A DNA stretch of 64,000 bases from Lepidodermella squamata. Its lineage: Eukaryota > Animalia > Gastrotricha. The stretch covers positions 372,001 through 436,000 of the forward strand of contig JBLDXI010000024.1 in NCBI GenBank assembly GCA_047495785.1, in the 5' to 3' direction. Shown in pieces: positions 36,814-49,421 of the stretch. The notes under the pieces are model-generated. The model ran no database searches. It saw only the letters and a list, made by a program, of their open reading frames with translations, and was not told the origin of the DNA. How positions within the stretch are numbered: the stretch's first letter is position 1; each line of letters starts with the position of its first letter. The translations under genes were made by a program, and so were the position numbers.

Positions 36814-39649
36814 TCAGAATGGTTCATATACGCAGACTGTACACCGACTGATTCTTTCAAGAGCATCTTCATTTTTTAGCATGGTAACAACACGTTCGGC
36901 ATCGCTCACAGGAAGCGCGTCCATGGCTAGCAGCCAGTAACTGGAAAAAGCGGTAATCCTAATTGAATCGAAATTTAATGATAATCAACTAACCTCATTT
37001 TATCAGGGTAATAATGACAAGATCCATCTGGCAGGCATTCGATGTAAGGATTCGCGCGGTATTCTGCCAAGCAAGATCCAGGAGAGTCCAACGGTTGACC
37101 CCCACCAACACTTCCAATGGCATGCTTAACGCGGAATAAAAAACGCTCAAGATTTGTTCGTAAATATGCTTGAAAATTATTACCATAAGGAAAGAGAAAC
37201 CATTCCATAGCTGTCGCCAGGCCGCACCAGGGCAGCTTGGAATAGCGGTTGTTTGAGAGTGGATGGTCATCACAGGGCCACGAGCCGCACAAACTACACA
37301 TCGAGAGATATACTGTATGGTCCGATCGGCGCCTCTGACTGGCATAGGTGCTTCATTTGATGAATAACCAGACGGCATCTCGTGATCCTCATTTCCCTCT
37401 CGATTATCGTTGCGATGATTATCGCCAGACTTGGCGTTAGCTCTTTGCTGATTCTTCCCATCGGAATTGCCGTCAGATGATGGGTTGCCAACGCCTCGCC
37501 GCCTGTTGAGATAAGCTAACGTTGTCTTCGTACGGTTCAAAGTGCCCAACACGCGGCTGCTCGCTAAGAAGTAAGTAGCTGCAGAGCGATGGGCCCAAGT
37601 ACTACAGAAAGCAACATTTACAAGTAAATTAATCAAGGTCCAGATTTGATGTGGTTACCAAATCTTGTTGCTGCCACAAAACAGAAATGGCATGGGGTCG
37701 AAGGCCCTCAAGCATGAGCCGGGTCGCCCCAAGTCTTGAACATTTGATCGCCCATCGTCCTCTGTATGTAAAAGACTGAACCCTGTCCACAACAGAGCAT
37801 GGCCGTTGCCGCATTGTGGGCTGATCGTCGATTGGGAATGGCGAACGTAAAAGAATGGTAGCGTAACTAATGGACCTGGTGTGCCTGGTTCGCCTTTCTC
37901 ACCCTTGCGACCTGGAGGTCCTGAAACCTGTTGGCTTTCGCCAGGTGGACCAGGTGGACCAGCGTCTCCCTTCGGCCCAGGATATCCCTTTGAGGAAAAA
38001 AGCAGAATGATATAGCCTAAGAGTAAATCGTGTTGACATCAAAGTTACCTGAGGTCCAGGTTCGCCCTCGCCCGGCTCGCCTTTCTGCCCACGAAGTCCA
38101 GGAAGGCCAGGTTCTCCCGGAGGCCCGGTCTCTCCAGGGTCTCCACGTTCTCCTTTTTCGCCTTTGAGCATGCTTCAATTATGAACATATTAAATTCACG
38201 ATCAGCAAGCTTAAAATGAAATGAAGAACCTTTCGTCTAGAAGTACACGGTCGCCTTGTTCACCTTTGGGACCCCTAGGCCCTGGTGGGCCAGGTGGACC
38301 CATCGCTTGCTTGCAGCCACAACCTTAAATTTCGGATGTTCAAATAATGCATTCCTTTTCAAGTTTCTACTCACCTGGTAAGCCATCTCGCCCGGGTGGG
38401 CCTCGTTGACCCGATTGACCCGGTGGTCCCGGTAGGCCAGGCATACCAGAGGGACCAGGTGGACCTGGGGGACCCTATAGAAAACAAATGATGCCAAAAT
38501 TGATGCGAGGAATGGATCAAGTCATTATACATCTGGGCCGATTCTGCTGTAGCAGCTGCAGCTGTCTGCGTTTGCACACTGGTAAGAATTGCTTTCAGGT
38601 TGAGGCATCGGCGTAGTCGTTTTTTTATGCGAAAGAGCGCGACTCTTGAGTGATTTGCTCCGAGCAACAGCTCCGATTGGACCTGTGTGACCGTGTTTCT
38701 TGCGTTCCTCCTCGTTGATCATCTCAGGATGATCCTTATCTTCGAAAGCTTCGGGCAGATCCTGCCACGAGGAGCTCGCAAGCCGCAGGCCGTTAGTCGA
38801 CAAATCGGGCGATGTTGACGAGTTGACAATAGGTGCCATCAATATCATCGAAAGCTCATCCTCTTCGATGTTTTCGTTTGTAGCGTCAGTATCGTGGGTT
38901 CCATCAATGATAGTCACCTCACTCGATCGATGAAACTTCTGCTCAGTATCTAGATTTTCCAGCTGGTGCATTTCTCGCTCCTCTTGGTACATGTGCTGGA
39001 ACTGGACAGTCTCAACACTAGGTAACGCATCTGATTTTGCCTGGGTGATATTAGCTATCGCCTTGGCTAGTAATGAAGCCGATTCTAATCCGCTATCAGT
39101 TGGAGGCACTGTGGGCACTGCCTCCGCAGCTGTTGATGTGCTAGCAGTAGCTGGCGTTGTCGTCGATGTCGTCGTTGCTGGTTCAATGGTTGACGTGGAA
39201 ATCACGTCTGCTAAAAGTGCCTCCGCTGTTGGGGATAAAGCGGGTGGTAGGGGAGGCGCGGAAGGTTTTGGTGGGCTCAATCGAAACGTGCCATCCATGA
39301 CGAGATTTTTCGACAACTTCTCCGCGAGATGGGGAGGTAAAGTCACAACCCGAGCTGAATCTGGTGACGGCAGAGCGCATGCGTATAGTGGTCCCGTTCC
39401 AGCAATGGCTAATATTGCTGGAAAGAAATAGTTTTACAAAACGTTGTAGGCTGAGGCAATTGAGTTACCGAATGCGAAAGCCACGCTTTCTGAAAATAGC
39501 ATACTACTAGCGCTCTTGACAGTTCTTTGATAGCGCTTTCGAGGGTCGTTCAAATATCCGACATGGTGGTGTTTCGGAGATTGATTCCTAGAGAAAGTTT
39601 GCACCAAGCTTTGTATAAGACGGTGGAAAAATTGGCGCAGGGCCGACAT
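36814..39649 (-). CDS. Short-chain collagen IV-like protein (hydrophobic leader, mucin-like region, ~41 Gly-X-Y triplets, complete NC1)
   Basis: Gly-X-Y exons between about 37870 and 38475. NC1 repeat 1 [43 protein letters not shown]1 repeat 2 [56 protein letters not shown] at 36814-36816. Start is ATG 39649 or 39502. Confidence 0.85.
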
Positions 39650-40408
39650 TCAGCTAGGATGAGGTTAACTTGTCACCTGGCCTGAGAATATTCGCAGTTC
39701 AACACAATATTTTACTGCATGTAACCTTGTCCTGTCGGTATTTGAAATAAAGGTGTCCCTTGAAGACGTAACTGCGGCGAATGAACATCGCGGCACCGTG
39801 GATATGCGGCGGGCGTGTGTTTAAAAGTAAACTTCACCGGATGCGGCGTAGTTAGCGCAATTTTGAGGACACGCCTCAAATGTGTGCGTTTACGCCTCCT
39901 TCCAGGTGTGCCTGTCAACACGGCATCTCAAACATAGCACAACGCTGTAACAATTTAGTCCCCATAAGAGGTGTGACAGGCTAATGCGGTTGTGCCCTTG
40001 GTGGTGGTGTTTACGCTTGGTTTCGGCACAGGGCGAAATCGTGCTGCTTATACGAATAGCCGGCAAATTTTCAACTCGGGCAATTACGCCTGCTAATGAC
40101 AAGAGACGCTTGACATATATATTGAACCGTGTTTATTGAAAACTTTACTCGTTACAACTATTTCAATGTCGGCGACGAAGACAAATAATAGTTTCGCTCG
40201 AGTATAATAAAATGCCGCTCATGGTCAAACAGCAAGAGACGTATAACGAACTAGTTATAAGACGGAAGTCAACTACTATACAGAATAAAGACTTGAACAT
40301 GATCGAGAATCAACTGATAGGGACCACTTTTCTGTACAAGATGGGTAAAAAAGCCAGGTTTATGTAACATCAACAATCCGTCTTTTAGCGCACCATCTTG
40401 CTCCGTGA

Positions 40409-42482
40409 TTATGCTTTTCGCTTGTGAGCCATCCGAGCTCGCCTTCTGCGTTCAGTCTCGACCAGCTCCTCGACAAAACGAACGCCGCGTTCGACTTGAG
40501 AGGCCGACCCGGCGACAGTGACCAGGCGTCTATCGCTACCTCCGTCTCGACCGCCGACTGACACCCGCGCGCCGCCGCTAGCCCGGCCGATTTCACGCAG
40601 GCCCTTACCGCCAGGGCCGAGAACGACCCCGACCAACGAGTCTTCGACGTAGACCTCCCGCTTCATTTCATTGCCCTGGTCCATGCCGTTCCCGCCACCC
40701 ATTCCACCCATGCCGTTCATCCCATTCACGCCATTGCCGTTGGCTCCCAGAAGACCGGCCATGCCAGCCATGTTAGCCATGTTGGCCATGTTCATTCCGG
40801 GTGGGAACATTCCGTTTGCTGCAGCAGCGGCTAGGGCAGCGGCAGCTGCGTTTTCGTTCATGCCCATGCCTTGATTGCCATTTCCTGCGTTCATCGACGA
40901 ATTGAGGCTGGCATTACCGTTGGCAGATCCGTTTGATTGAAGATTCGCGACTATATCGTGAAGGCTACCCACTGCTGATAGCGAAACTAGGAGATCTGAA
41001 ACAGCAAATCAGTAAAAACCTGACGGAAATGGTAGAAAATCTTACTTGTGATCATTTCGTTATTTTGGCCAATTCCGGGGAGCAAATTGTGCTTGGCCAA
41101 AATCAGCAGGGCTTGGATGATCTCATCCTGGGCGATGGGAGCATAACGAGATGCGTCGAGAAGGCCGCGCAATTTGTCAAGGCTCGCAGCAGCCGAACGG
41201 GGTAGATTCATTCCACCAATGGTAAGACCGCCCCCGTTAGAAGCACCCCCGTGACCACCCATCAGGCCAAGCTGGGCACCCAAGGCACTCAAAGAACCGG
41301 AATTGCCGTTACCATTGTCGCCGAAACCTAGTTGCTGTCTCAAGTCCGTATCCATCATGCCGCCTTTGTCATTAAGGAGAGGCTGAAGGTTGTGTTGTTG
41401 CTGCATGCGGTCTTGTTGCTGCTGAGCAGCGGCGGCCAGTTGCTCCATGTTACCGGAATTACCGCCGCCTCCGAAAGCCGCAAGCATGCCTTGCATGCCG
41501 CCGTAACTAGCCATCATAGCCGCAGCCTGGTCAGCGTTGGGACCCATACCAGGAGGCATTCCCATCCCGGGCATGCCCATACCACCCATCATACCAGGGC
41601 CCCTGGGTCCGAAAGGATTCATACCAGGCATCATACCCGGCATCGGCATTCCCATCATTCCACTGAGCATCGACGCGGCCTGGTTGCCATTCATCTGATT
41701 ATCGTTGTTACCGCCACGACCGCCGTCATTGCGGTTCCCACCCCGGCCTTGGCTCTGACCAGAAGGCAGCTGCCCGCCACCGCTGTTGTTCCAATGCGAA
41801 ATGTCTTGGTTTGACATGTGGTTAGGGTCCTCGCTGATTTTCTGAACAACCATTTCACAAGCCCGGTCGACACCGTCTTCGTTATCCCCCTCAACAGTAA
41901 CAATTCGTTCGTTACCGCCGTCGACGGACTCGGATTTCGAGGATACGATCGCCTTGACACCGCACAAGTCACTGATTTCCTTGATGTGCGAACCACCTTT
42001 GCCAATAATCATGCCGGCACTTGTGTTCGGGACTACGAACTTCACCTGTTTATGGCGATTGTTGTTCGTACGGCCCTGAGGATCCTGCTTCGGGTTCGGA
42101 TCCGGCTTCTCAACAGCTGCAGAAACATAGCGATAACGCAACACGTAAAATTGAGACAACTCGACTTACTTTTCCGGTGAATGTATTTGACCAGTTCGAC
42201 GACGCCGTCCAGGGGTCCAGTGAGCATGCAAATTCGCTCATTGACCGTGCCCGGGTATACGTCATCTGGCTTCGACATGCGACAACGCGCGCCAACTCGT
42301 TTTTGCAAATCAATGATAGCCTCGCCGCCCTTTCCGATGATCGAGCCCACGGCTAAATGGGGCACCAGCAACTTCAGGTACAGAGCACCGGGTTCGGCGC
42401 CGTCGTGGTCGCCCATCGATGAATCCCCCCGGCGGACTCGCTTGTTTCCGCGTTGGTATCCTGCTCCTTCATCATCGGACAT
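40409..42482 (-). CDS. NOVA: Nova/Pasilla-like 3-KH RNA-binding protein, copy B (2 coding introns)
   Basis: KH1 YLKLLVPHLAVGSIIGKGGEAI..RMSKPDDVYPGTVNER; KH2 QVKFVVPNTSAGMIIGKGG; KH3 VEDSLVGVVLGPGGK. Introns at 42117-42169 and 40996-41045. Confidence 0.85.
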
Positions 42483-43811
42483 CTTCAAAAACAGAAAGAA
42501 AACATGATCAAATAAACATGATAAAATTCCATTTTTTCTGCGAGAAAATTTTCATGTATAACGAGAAAGCTGGGTGAGTGGCATAAGGCTGTCAGGATGA
42601 GCGATTTTGTAATTGAGACTAATAGCGACTTTTGAAATCGAAGATAAGTTGAACATCTGCTAATGTTGCTTAGCTTCCAAAGGATGATGTGTTTCGTGTC
42701 TCGAGAGAAATTGACGAAATTCAGTTGTATGTTATGATTGTTTGAATTGCAATGGATGTAACGAAGGAATTAAGAAACACACAAGACGAAAAAGGTCATA
42801 CCCTTGTAAATTATCGTTTGTTGACAGCAACCGCGCAAGTTCAATTCAAAACGATGAGGCGAAACGTTGAGACGAAACGATGTGATCGAAGTCGACGATA
42901 TCGATACTTCAAACAATCAAGTTAATTAGACTCGAGCCTATTTTCGAAGATTTGGTAGAAAGAATCGTCGAGATAAGATGTTATGTCACGGATTCGATGT
43001 TATGATTGATGATAAGACACCAGATCGCCCAGTCAAATGACTCGAAACTTACCCGGACACGGAATTAAAGTATTTTTTTTATATTCGCAGTATAAACAAA
43101 TATTTCAGTCGTTCGCCTTTTTAAAATAAAATTTCAGTAATAAAATATAGCTCAACATTCAACAGCTCAAGTTTGTAATCAAACGATTATTCAAGTCATT
43201 CAAAATCGACAGACGGCATGAGTCGGTGAGCACAGGTATCCATGGCTGCAAAGCGCATCCTAAACTGGTTAAACGTCAGAGAGAAGCCGCCGTAAGATAT
43301 AGCTGTTCGGAGAAAAAATGAGAATAATTAAGATTTTTAACGCGATTCTTCGTTGACGTAGATCTAAAATCAGAGAAAAACCGGAACCGAAGCTGAATTT
43401 GATAGAGAACGGTGATGCGAAGATCCGAGAAACGACAGTCATGCGAAATATCAACCCTCATTACCCAAAACCAGAAGAAAACATACCTTCTGATGAAATT
43501 TGCTTCGTACGAACGTTGATTGCCGTGGTGAAACATTTTTTATTTAAGATCACTACAACAAAACATGAATTTAGTTAATTTGAGCAATCTGTTTTCATTA
43601 TGATCCTGCAAAACTTGTAAGGAAGTAGCTTTCATCCTCGTTCTAGGATATGTAAGCAGTTGTAGAAGACTAAAACAACAACGGATTTTTCCACCAGCTA
43701 ACCCGATATCGTGATGAAATCTCAAAGCCATATAAAACACGCTGTGTGCAGAGGCAAGTGGCAAAAGTATGGACACAGCACATCACAACTAAAATTTTCC
43801 AAACAAGTTCG

Positions 43812-45311
43812 TCAAGCTTTACGCTTTTGACCACTAGCACCCACTCTCTGCCGTCGCCGCTTTTCATTAAGCAGTAAATCTTCAACAAATCGCTGGGCTC
43901 TATCGACTTGCGACACAGTTCCGCTCAGTGTGACCATGCGGGGCTGGCCAGCGTCGCCCTCATTTCTATGGGAGACGGTTATATGAACGCCACCACTCGC
44001 CCTGGCGATTTCTCGCAGGCCGCGACCTCCCGGTCCGAGGATTACACCGACCAGCGCATCTTCCACGGGAACTTCTCGCCGGATTTGAACGTCATCTTCC
44101 TCTTTATTATCGCTCGAACCACCGCCGGCATTGCCGTTCCCAAATGCAGAGAACATGTTACTCCCACCAGGGAAAACGTTCGGGTTCTGAGGCCCACCAA
44201 AACTCGATTCATTAGGTTGGTTCGACAATTCGTGAAGGCAGCCGACAGCGGACAAGGACACCAATAAGCTTGTAATTACGTCGTTATTCAATCCAACACC
44301 GGGTAGTAGATTGTGACGCGCGAGAGTGACCAGAGCATGAATTATTTCATCTTGCGCAGATGGAATATAGCGCGAGGCGTCCAACAAGCCGCGAAGTTTA
44401 TCCAAGCTTTCGGGGCGAGGCATCATTTGAGGACCGCCATCTAAAGACGGGGGCAAATTTTGCAAAGACGATTGCGACTGAGTCATTGCTGCAGCAGCGG
44501 CCAACATGCCTCCATAATTCATCAGCGCTTCAGGCCCAGCACCTGGCATGAAACCTCCTCTAGAAAATGGCGACATCATTGGCGGGATCATTGGGTTTCC
44601 CTGCATCGGGCCACCTCCGGATCCAGAATTCATACCGCCACCTCCAGACATATTCCCCGAAAGATGCGGTGATGGTGCAGGATAATTGAGCTCAGGGAAA
44701 GCAGCGTGATTAGGATCCTCTTTCACTTTTTTCACTATTAGCTCAACGGCATTGTTCACCTCGTCCTCTTCGCCATCGATTTTAACGACGCGCTCATTCG
44801 GATAATCTTCGTTTTTATTTGCGACAACCGCATGAGCATGGGTGGTTTCGTTTATTTCCTTTATGAAGAAACCGCCTTTTCCGATGACTAGGCCAGCTGT
44901 TGAATTTGGAACAACTAGCAGCACCTGCTTGTGGCGGTTAGGATTAGGCCGTCCGCTGACGTCAACCTTTGTATTGGGATCAGGTTTTTCGCGAATTATC
45001 CGATGGATGTATCTGATTATCTCAAGGACAGCCTCTTCAGGCCCAGATAAAGCGCATACTCTTTCGCTGGTAGTGCCAGGATATACCTCGTCTTGCTTGG
45101 ATATTCTACATTTCCCGCCAACACGCTTCTGAATTTCAATAATTGCTTCGCCTCCCTTGCCGAGTACCGCACCCACGGCGATCTGAGGAACAAGCATCTT
45201 GATGAAAACTTTGTCGTGAATGTCATCTGACTCTTCGTTGGCTAGCGCGCTATCGCCGCGGCGACTCCTTTTCATAGTTTGCCCGCCATCGGGCGTGGAA
45301 GCTTCATCCAT
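43812..45311 (-). CDS. NOVA: Nova/Pasilla-like 3-KH RNA-binding protein, copy A (intronless CDS)
   Basis: Single ORF. KH1 IKMLVPQIAVGAVLGKGG..YPGTTSERV; KH2 VVPNSTAGLVIGKGG; KH3 VEDALVGVILGPGGR; C-terminal KRKA. Confidence 0.85.
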   Translation of the reverse strand: MDEASTPDGGQTMKRSRRGDSALANEESDDIHDKVFIKMLVPQIAVGAVLGKGGEAIIEIQKRVGGKCRISKQDEVYPGTTSERVCALSGPEEAVLEIIRYIHRIIREKPDPNTKVDVSGRPNPNRHKQVLLVVPNSTAGLVIGKGGFFIKEINETTHAHAVVANKNEDYPNERVVKIDGEEDEVNNAVELIVKKVKEDPNHAAFPELNYPAPSPHLSGNMSGGGGMNSGSGGGPMQGNPMIPPMMSPFSRGGFMPGAGPEALMNYGGMLAAAAAMTQSQSSLQNLPPSLDGGPQMMPRPESLDKLRGLLDASRYIPSAQDEIIHALVTLARHNLLPGVGLNNDVITSLLVSLSAVGCLHELSNQPNESSFGGPQNPNVFPGGSNMFSAFGNGNAGGGSSDNKEEDDVQIRREVPVEDALVGVILGPGGRGLREIARASGGVHITVSHRNEGDAGQPRMVTLSGTVSQVDRAQRFVEDLLLNEKRRRQRVGASGQKRKA

Positions 45312-48300
45312 TTGAAACACTTCAAACTGAAAAAGAGATAGGTAAGCATTAGTTTTAGTATAAACTGATCAGAATTATATGTTGATATATTTACGGAAAA
45401 TCCTACAATCACGATAACAAGCAATGAAATCATACCATGTACGCTTTACCTTGGTCCAAACTTGACAGAGTGGATAACGATGAGGAGGTCAAGTAGGCAA
45501 TCAAAGTAAGAAAAAGCGCTCTAGAGTGAAGATGAATGAAGGTAAGAAATAGAAAGATGAGCACAGGTTGAGTTGAACTTGTATCCAATTTTATTAGCTC
45601 CAATAAAACAGCATACCAAAGGCCAACAGATCAAATGATCAGAGTATCAAACAGATTTTTCCTCGATTTGAAAAAGCGATGACCAAGTGAAGACGAATGA
45701 AAATATTACAGGTGACTCAATCAATTAATATCTAACTCGCATAAACCGTAAAAATGTAGTACGAACTTTGCACCAATACGAGAAGCCGATCCAGCCGGCG
45801 AATGCCGCCAACTGGTATTAAAAATAATCCATCAGTTGAAAACACGCGATTGAACCACGATCACTGACCGAATTGATTGTTCACGGCATTGGCTATGACA
45901 GCTTCGAGAAGGCAGCCATCGGCCGAAACTCTAGCCTTATATGTGAATATAAAATAAAAATATGATATACCTACATCATAAAAATATAATTAAAAACTAT
46001 GCTCTGCTTTTGGATGTCGCGAAGTAGTCAGCGGCAAGTAAATACCAGCATACTTCAATTGTTCATTCGATTGGAACGTAGATACCAATTAGCGCCTCAA
46101 GCCTCAAGCCTTAGTCAAATCTTAGTAAGGGAGCTCAGGGAAAAGGCGTCAAAATAATTCGAAAGGGATAAATTATGGCCCGAGCTCAAAGCTCAAACTT
46201 TATTGAGTCGTTTGTTTTTATCATCTTCATTCTCAATGGCGTAGTGAATAGTAACTATAATCTATAATATCGCTTTGAAAAGATAACAAAGCTGAAGCTG
46301 AAGTCATTCAGAAAATGGTGCCAAACTGGTCAATTTCAGAATTTCAAAAAGAGAGGGGTTAATGCGGCTATTTCCTTCGCGTACTATGTAATGGGACTGT
46401 CTACGCCACGCGCCGCTGAAAGAGACATCACACGACGAGAGCGGCTTCGCGCAAAAAACGACTCCCTTCGAACGCGCCTTCAGCAGCCCAGCGCATCGCG
46501 CCATTGCTAAAATTTCCACGATTAATATCACACAGTTTAATAAATAATAAGCTTATTTTTTGTTCTGTTATGCAAATTATATGTCATGTTAGTCCGCGAA
46601 TTATTTTTCTTGCGGTTTTCTGTCGCCAAGTCGGCGGTTTCTCGGTGCCATTTCAGGGATCATACCAAGTTTACAAAGGACTCAAATCGGAACTTTTATC
46701 TTTGAGACTCTTTTCTTCGCTTCCAAATTCCACATTTTTCACTAGGTAGACATCGAAGCATTCAATTGAACGCGTAGCGATATAAGAAAACCGGTCGCTA
46801 TTACCCGGGCCGTGAAGAGACTTTGAGCTTGATGTCTGGAGCTTATTTTTGTTACTGCAGATCATACTGGTTCATTGAGGCTTTATTTGTTGGTAACCTT
46901 CGCGGGCTATTGGATATCTACTTTCTACTTTCAATTTTCTTGTTGCGCTGCCCGCTGCCCCTGCTGCTTTAAAAAGTTTTCCTTGACGTCACAACATCTG
47001 CATTCTGCATTTTGATAGTTTTGGCTTATTCCTTATTCGCCAGTAAGTAAAGGATTTGGGTTTTAAAGGAGTTTTAAAAGTATACCATTTTTAAGTATAT
47101 GACCTACGAGCCATTAAATCTGGATCTAGGCTTCGGGCATATTTAATTAAGCGCTGTTACGTCATCGAGAACCAGTATTTTAATCTGATATTTTTGTTCC
47201 CGTGTCACTCCTACCAGGAAATGACTGGATCTTATTGCTCTTCATTATTGTTTTATCTATGCAGTTTCGGAGAAAACGTTCAGGACAAGTTAGTTCATTT
47301 GTCTATGCCTATTTCATCGCTAGTTATCATTTCTCCGCCACAATTTCGGAACTCTTAAACTCGACTTGGAATGCTTGTATTACAGTGCGCTTTTTTAATG
47401 GATAATCTGTTGTTTCTTTTATTATCTTTGCTCTAAATTTAGGCTAACAGAGGAGCCTCAAAACTAGCGAAATAATTACTGCAGTTCAAAGGATGAATCG
47501 ATTTCATCGATAAAAGGCTGTCGATGTCATATTAGGCTAGTACATTATTACTCTGTAAATTTTTTCGGATCGGTGATCGGTAAATAACGAAAGACTTGTA
47601 AATGAGGAATTTCAGGGCCTTAAATAATTCGAATTAGAGCTTCGATAGCCGTATTTGCGGTTTTCTGCGAGCCTCGATTACTTTGTTGTCAATGGGTGCC
47701 ATCGCTTATCAAAAACACGGTATACGGTGTCATTTCTATTTCTTATAGCGATTTCATACATAAACTTTGCATAAAATATTTTGAAATATACCATACAACT
47801 ATTTTTACCGCTCGAAGTCAATCTCATACAGCCGATAGGATCCGTTTTATTGGTTTCTGGAAATCGGTAGTTTGCGATAATAACGAAATCAAATTGTAGT
47901 GATTGATTGATGTGACATCCTTACCTGATCGAACCTGATCGAACCGAGGTTTTCCTCGCTTTCTATTTTAGGTTTCGCTTATCAGGCCGTAACTAAATTT
48001 TAGAAATTCTATATTCATTTTTGAATATATTTAACTTCTAACCGATTACTTCTTCATTTAGAGCGAATGCTAGCGTTGCTGAATGATTGCTCTAATTATC
48101 TTCATTGTGATATTCACCGGTTTAAAAATCTGCGTTATCGGCTTTTCTATTTGCTCAGCATGAATTGATTTATTTCAAATAGCAATCAGGCGAAACGATA
48201 GCGCTGGATCCAACAACTTGAGTGTCTAGAGCAAATATTTTGAGACCAGTTCTCGAACGCGCTATATTTTTGCCAGAATCTTCAGTAGAGTGTGAATATA

Positions 48301-49421
48301 TTTTGTGAAGCATTATGTAAGTGCATAACCATCTTACGGCTCTTAATACCATTATTTATGTCTAATTCAAGTGTGAGGCTGCCCGTGATTTTCTGTGATT
48401 TACCAGAAACGCCTTATATGTTATTAATATTTAACGATTCAATGCAGCAAGTGTATTTTTTGTATGGCTAAGGGGGATAATCAGCGCTGATTTTATGTTT
48501 CTTTTGTATTTCAATATTTCTTCAATTTCTGATTTTCCGTTTTAGTGTTATTGTTTATAGAAGTTTAGGATAGAATGTATTTATTCGAAAATGTCCTATA
48601 TGCAACAATGGCTTAAAACTGTTGATAAAAGGTACGATTCGTGATTTCATTTGCTTTTTATTGTCAGCCAATTTGTATTTTATATACACTTACCGGTTGC
48701 CATCGACCACTTGTAGTTTGCTTTATTTTTTTATGCGCGGTGGGGCGTCATGCGTGTTTTGCGCTATCAACGCTCGTGCCTGCTGGACAACCCACAAGGG
48801 CACATTTATCGACCAGTCAGCTGCACTTATCCAATAGGCTTCTGAAATTTACGATTTTGCGTTATGCGACTGTTTTAATAGTAGTGCGCGCTTTGGCTAT
48901 AGTCGAATGCTAATATACTATATGGAACGAAAGAAGAAATAGTATAGCATGCAGTCGGCAGAATTCGAGTGACACATTTCGTTTCAATAATTTCATTGAT
49001 TTCCAGGCGAAGCGTTTTTTGCACATGCATTTTCTAGACTGCCGACAGTTACAAATGCATACACAACGATAAACTATAATGTGCGTTCGCGAGTTGCTTC
49101 GGTCAATTCTGCTTTATTTGCGAATAGCCGCCTCTCACGGGCGATGTGCCTAACCAATAAATTCTGTGTTTGCGGTAGTGCTTCGCGGAAAGGCTTCGAT
49201 AAATTCGTTACTAATCGACAAAAATACCACGAGATTTTTCTAGTATTATTACAGCCGTCACTAGTAATACTAAATCTAGAATTCAACCCGGCGACTTGTT
49301 TCAAGTATTTGGTAAGCAGAATCTTGTTTTGCTCGAACTTTAAATGCAGATGGCTTGCATATAAATCGAAATAATATACTACTTGATAAAAAAAAATCAA
49401 GTGTCGCCGTGCTGTTGTCAG

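Noticed and set aside
37506-37552. Possible intron explaining the NC1 insertion
   Set aside because: The available GT..CAG pairs shift the reading frame or are too short, and the frame is open without splicing.
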